Shown: in pieces, positions 61,148-64,000 of the stretch
Position numbering within the stretch: position 1 is the stretch's first letter
Layout of the letters: each line of letters starts with the position of its first letter
Source: Podospora anserina
Lineage: Eukaryota
NCBI GenBank assembly: GCA_017654855.1
Contig: CM030338.1
Location: 3,906,001 to 3,970,000, forward strand
DNA length: 64,000 nt
Direction of reading: 5' to 3'
The notes under the pieces: model-generated
Seen by the model: the letters and a program-made list of their open reading frames with translations, nothing else
Told to the model about the DNA's origin: nothing
Databases searched by the model: none
Program-made: the position numbers and the translations under genes

Positions 61148-62238
61148 ATGGCACCTCCAGCCAAGCTTCCCACCCGCAGGCTGGGCAAAAACGGCCCTGA
61201 AATCCCAGCCATCGGTTTCGGGTTGATGGGACTGAGCACTGCATACGGCTCTGTCGGGTGAGTGAAGCACTCCAGTCTCATCATGACGATGTTGAATGAG
61301 ACTAACTCCCTCACAGCTCGGATGAAGACCGCCTCAAAGTGCTCGACCGAGCCTGGGAACTAGGCTACACCAACTGGGACTCGGCCGACATGTACGCCGA
61401 CAGCGAAGACCTGCTGGGGAAGTGGTTCGCCCTCCACCCCGAACGCCGCGCCGACATCTTCCTCGCCACCAAATTTGCCCTCCAGTACGGCCCCAACGGC
61501 CTGACCATCAACAGCTCCCCGGCCTACTGCCGCCAGCAGTGCGAAAAGAGCCTCCGGCGGCTCGGGACATCGTACATCGACCTCTACTACATCCACCGCG
61601 TAGACGGCAAGACGCCCATTGAGCACACCATGGCCGAGCTGGTCAAGCTGAAAGCCGAGGGCAAGATCCGGCACATTGGGATTTCGGCTGCGTCGGCGGA
61701 TACAGTTCGCCGGGCTGCTGCCATCGACCATGTTGATGCCTACCAGGTGGAATACAGCCCTTGGTCACTCGACATTGAAGGGCCCGAGACCAATTACTTG
61801 CTTCAGACCTGCCGGGACTTGGGCGTCGCCGTTTTTGCGTACTCCCCGCTGGGAAGGGGCATCATGACGGGTCAGATCAAGTCGCCGGATGACTTTGAGC
61901 CTGGGGACTTGAGACGGCTGTTTCCCCGGTTCAGCAAGGAGAACTTCCCCAAGAATCTGGCGCTGGTGGAAAAGTTCAGGATCATGGCGGACAAGAAAGG
62001 TTGCACGCCTGGTCAGTTGACTGTGGCTTGGTTGATGGCGCAGGGGGAGGATATCTTTCCCATTCCGGGGACGAAGAATATCAAGTATTTGGAGGAGAAC
62101 GTCGGCGCGGTGCGGGTGGAGGTGAGTGAAGACGAGGAGAGGGAGATACGGGGTTGGTTGAACGACTTTGGGTTTGCGGGGATACGGGTGCCGCCTGGGT
62201 TGTTGGATGAGTTTAATGACACGCCTCCTCTGTCGTAG
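61148..62238 (+). CDS. Aldo-keto reductase (YakC/AKR13-like)
   Basis: LGKNGPEIPAIGFGLMGLS, WDSADMY, FLATKF, YIDLYYIHR, AYSPLGRG and PIPGT; intron 61258..61316. Confidence 0.96.
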
Positions 62239-63080
62239 GCATCATGAGACTGAGGTAGTAATTGATCGTTGATGATTCCACGCCAGCTGAAGTGTAATCT
62301 GGGGTACCTATCAGGTTGCATGCATGTAAGGGGGCTGGTTGACTGAGCCCCAAGCCGATTTCTGGAAAGCGGCACGGATCGCTCAACCGAGGCGCTACCA
62401 AACAACAACAGGGGTTCTTCATTTAGCGGGCGGGTCGCTGCAGGGTGCACTGTGCGCCCGTCTCGATCAACATGACACCCGACGACTTGCTCTGTTCGTC
62501 TGTTCGCTTCACTCAGCTTGCTGGCGACACACACACACAGCACAAAGAGGGAAATCAAGGCGGACATGGCGGCTACCACTCGATCACGACACGTTCTCCC
62601 ATTGTCTCGTTCGGGGTTCACCCGACCGCAGGTGGCCCAGCCTCCAGTGGATGGCGCTGCTGGCCAAGCGCTGAGGCTGGCCGCCTGGAGACAAGCAGGG
62701 GTTTTAGTAGAGGCTCTGATTTGTTGACATGGGGACACCCTCATGCACTGTAGATCCCCGACATCTAGCCCACAGTGTCAGCCAGCCATCAACTGCAGCT
62801 CCTTCTCCCTCTGGTGGTTTGACGGGGGGCGGTCAGCTACTTTTTGGGATGCCCGAATGGTCTTGGTTTGGGGGAAAACAAAACTCGGCAAAGCTGTACG
62901 TCTCATTCATGGTTCTCACGATCGACTCTGCACACCCGAGACCCGGTCTGAGGACTTGATTTGTGAGAGTGGCTGTGAGACATTGTATCACGGGCTTTGG
63001 GTGAGGATAAAAGCCACTCTTCTCCTCTTGACCCTCGGTTCCTGACAGGGCCTCTACAAGAATGACCATACCTGCTCTCC

Positions 63081-64000
63081 ATGGCATCACCGCTTGATCC
63101 TGCTCACCCCCATCGCCGGGGGACGCCCAAGAGACTGATTGTCTGCTGTGATGGAACATGGATGAACTCGCTGGGAAAAAAAGGGTATGCCACGTCGAGG
63201 TTCGATTCGTCATGATAATACTGGGATACTAACGACGTAAAGGCACGAACCACCCTCAAATGTGACCCGCATCTCGCGTGTTCTCTGCCGCACCTGCAGT
63301 GATGGCAGGCCCCAGATTATCAACTACTTCGCCGGTGTAGGTACAGCTAACGGCCTGGACCAGTTCACCGGCGGAGCGTTCGGCATGGGGCTGGACGCAG
63401 ACATCCGAGAGGTGTACAACTTCTTGTGCACCAACTACGTCGACGGGGACGACATCATCCTGATTGGCTTCAGCAGAGGAGCGTTTACTGCCCGTAGCGT
63501 CGCTGATATGGTCGCGAGCGTGGGACTGTTGACGCCGGAAGGGCTGGACAAATTTTTTGCCATCTTTGATGATTACGAAAACATGGGCTCGTCGTCCAGA
63601 GACACGGACGACTTTCTGATTGACGGGCTGGAGGAGTACAAGGGACAGCATGGGCAGAAGAAGATTGAGTGGGAGGAGAGGAGGAAGGAGACGTACAAGC
63701 GGGGTTTGAGGGAGAAGAAGCTCACGCGGGATACGTTCCATGCTGGAGCTGGAGAGATTGGCGAGGAGATCAAAATCAAGGCTCTTGCGGTTTGGGACAC
63801 GGTGGGAACACTTGGGATCCCGCCTGCTCCAGTGATCGGTGTTCGAGGAAGCGCTGATCAATGGAGGTTCACCAACACGCAAATCTCGGCCAAGGTCGAG
63901 AACGCCTTTCAGGCTTTGGCTCTTGATGAGCCGAGATATGCTTTCAGGCCTGCCCTCTGGGAAAGGGTACCTGGAAGTACAACAAACCTGAAGCAGGTAT
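63081..64000 (+). CDS. DUF2235 (Tle1-like) alpha/beta-hydrolase, 3'-truncated by the window
   Basis: Missed by the ORF track. KRLIVCCDGTWMNS, then intron about 63185..63242, PSNVTRISR, YFAGVGT, IILIGFSRGAFTARS, VWDTVG and FQALALDE. Confidence 0.92.

Overview
Gene-rich, intron-containing filamentous ascomycete DNA. Splice signals (GTRAGT/CTRAC/YAG), codon style and gene content suggest Sordariales, Podospora-like; the species is inferred, not proven. I can support about 21 protein-coding genes, one multiply frameshifted glutathione S-transferase pseudogene and one intron-containing tRNA-Tyr(GTA) with a T-loop variant. Recognisable genes: a SIM+RING SUMO-targeted ubiquitin ligase subunit, PRP19, a PhzF-family isomerase, a J-like protein without HPD, a secreted tyrosinase, a GT15 mannosyltransferase, a presequence-less dihydroxy-acid dehydratase paralogue (GC-AG intron and 8-nt micro-exon), two divergent Myb/SANT factors sharing a ~10-kb gene-free interval, a Utr2/Crh GH16, an OHCU decarboxylase-like protein, a peroxisomal acyl-CoA thioesterase, COX4, a DUF4604 protein, a Clr5-domain protein, an aldo-keto reductase and a DUF2235 hydrolase that runs off the right end. 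I found no intact transposon, rRNA or secondary-metabolite backbone gene. The best leads are the head-to-head Myb pair with its large regulatory interval, the HPD-less secretory J-like protein, structured COX4 introns, the unusual DHAD splicing, and the homopolymer-frameshifted GST. Exon structures were derived by eye.
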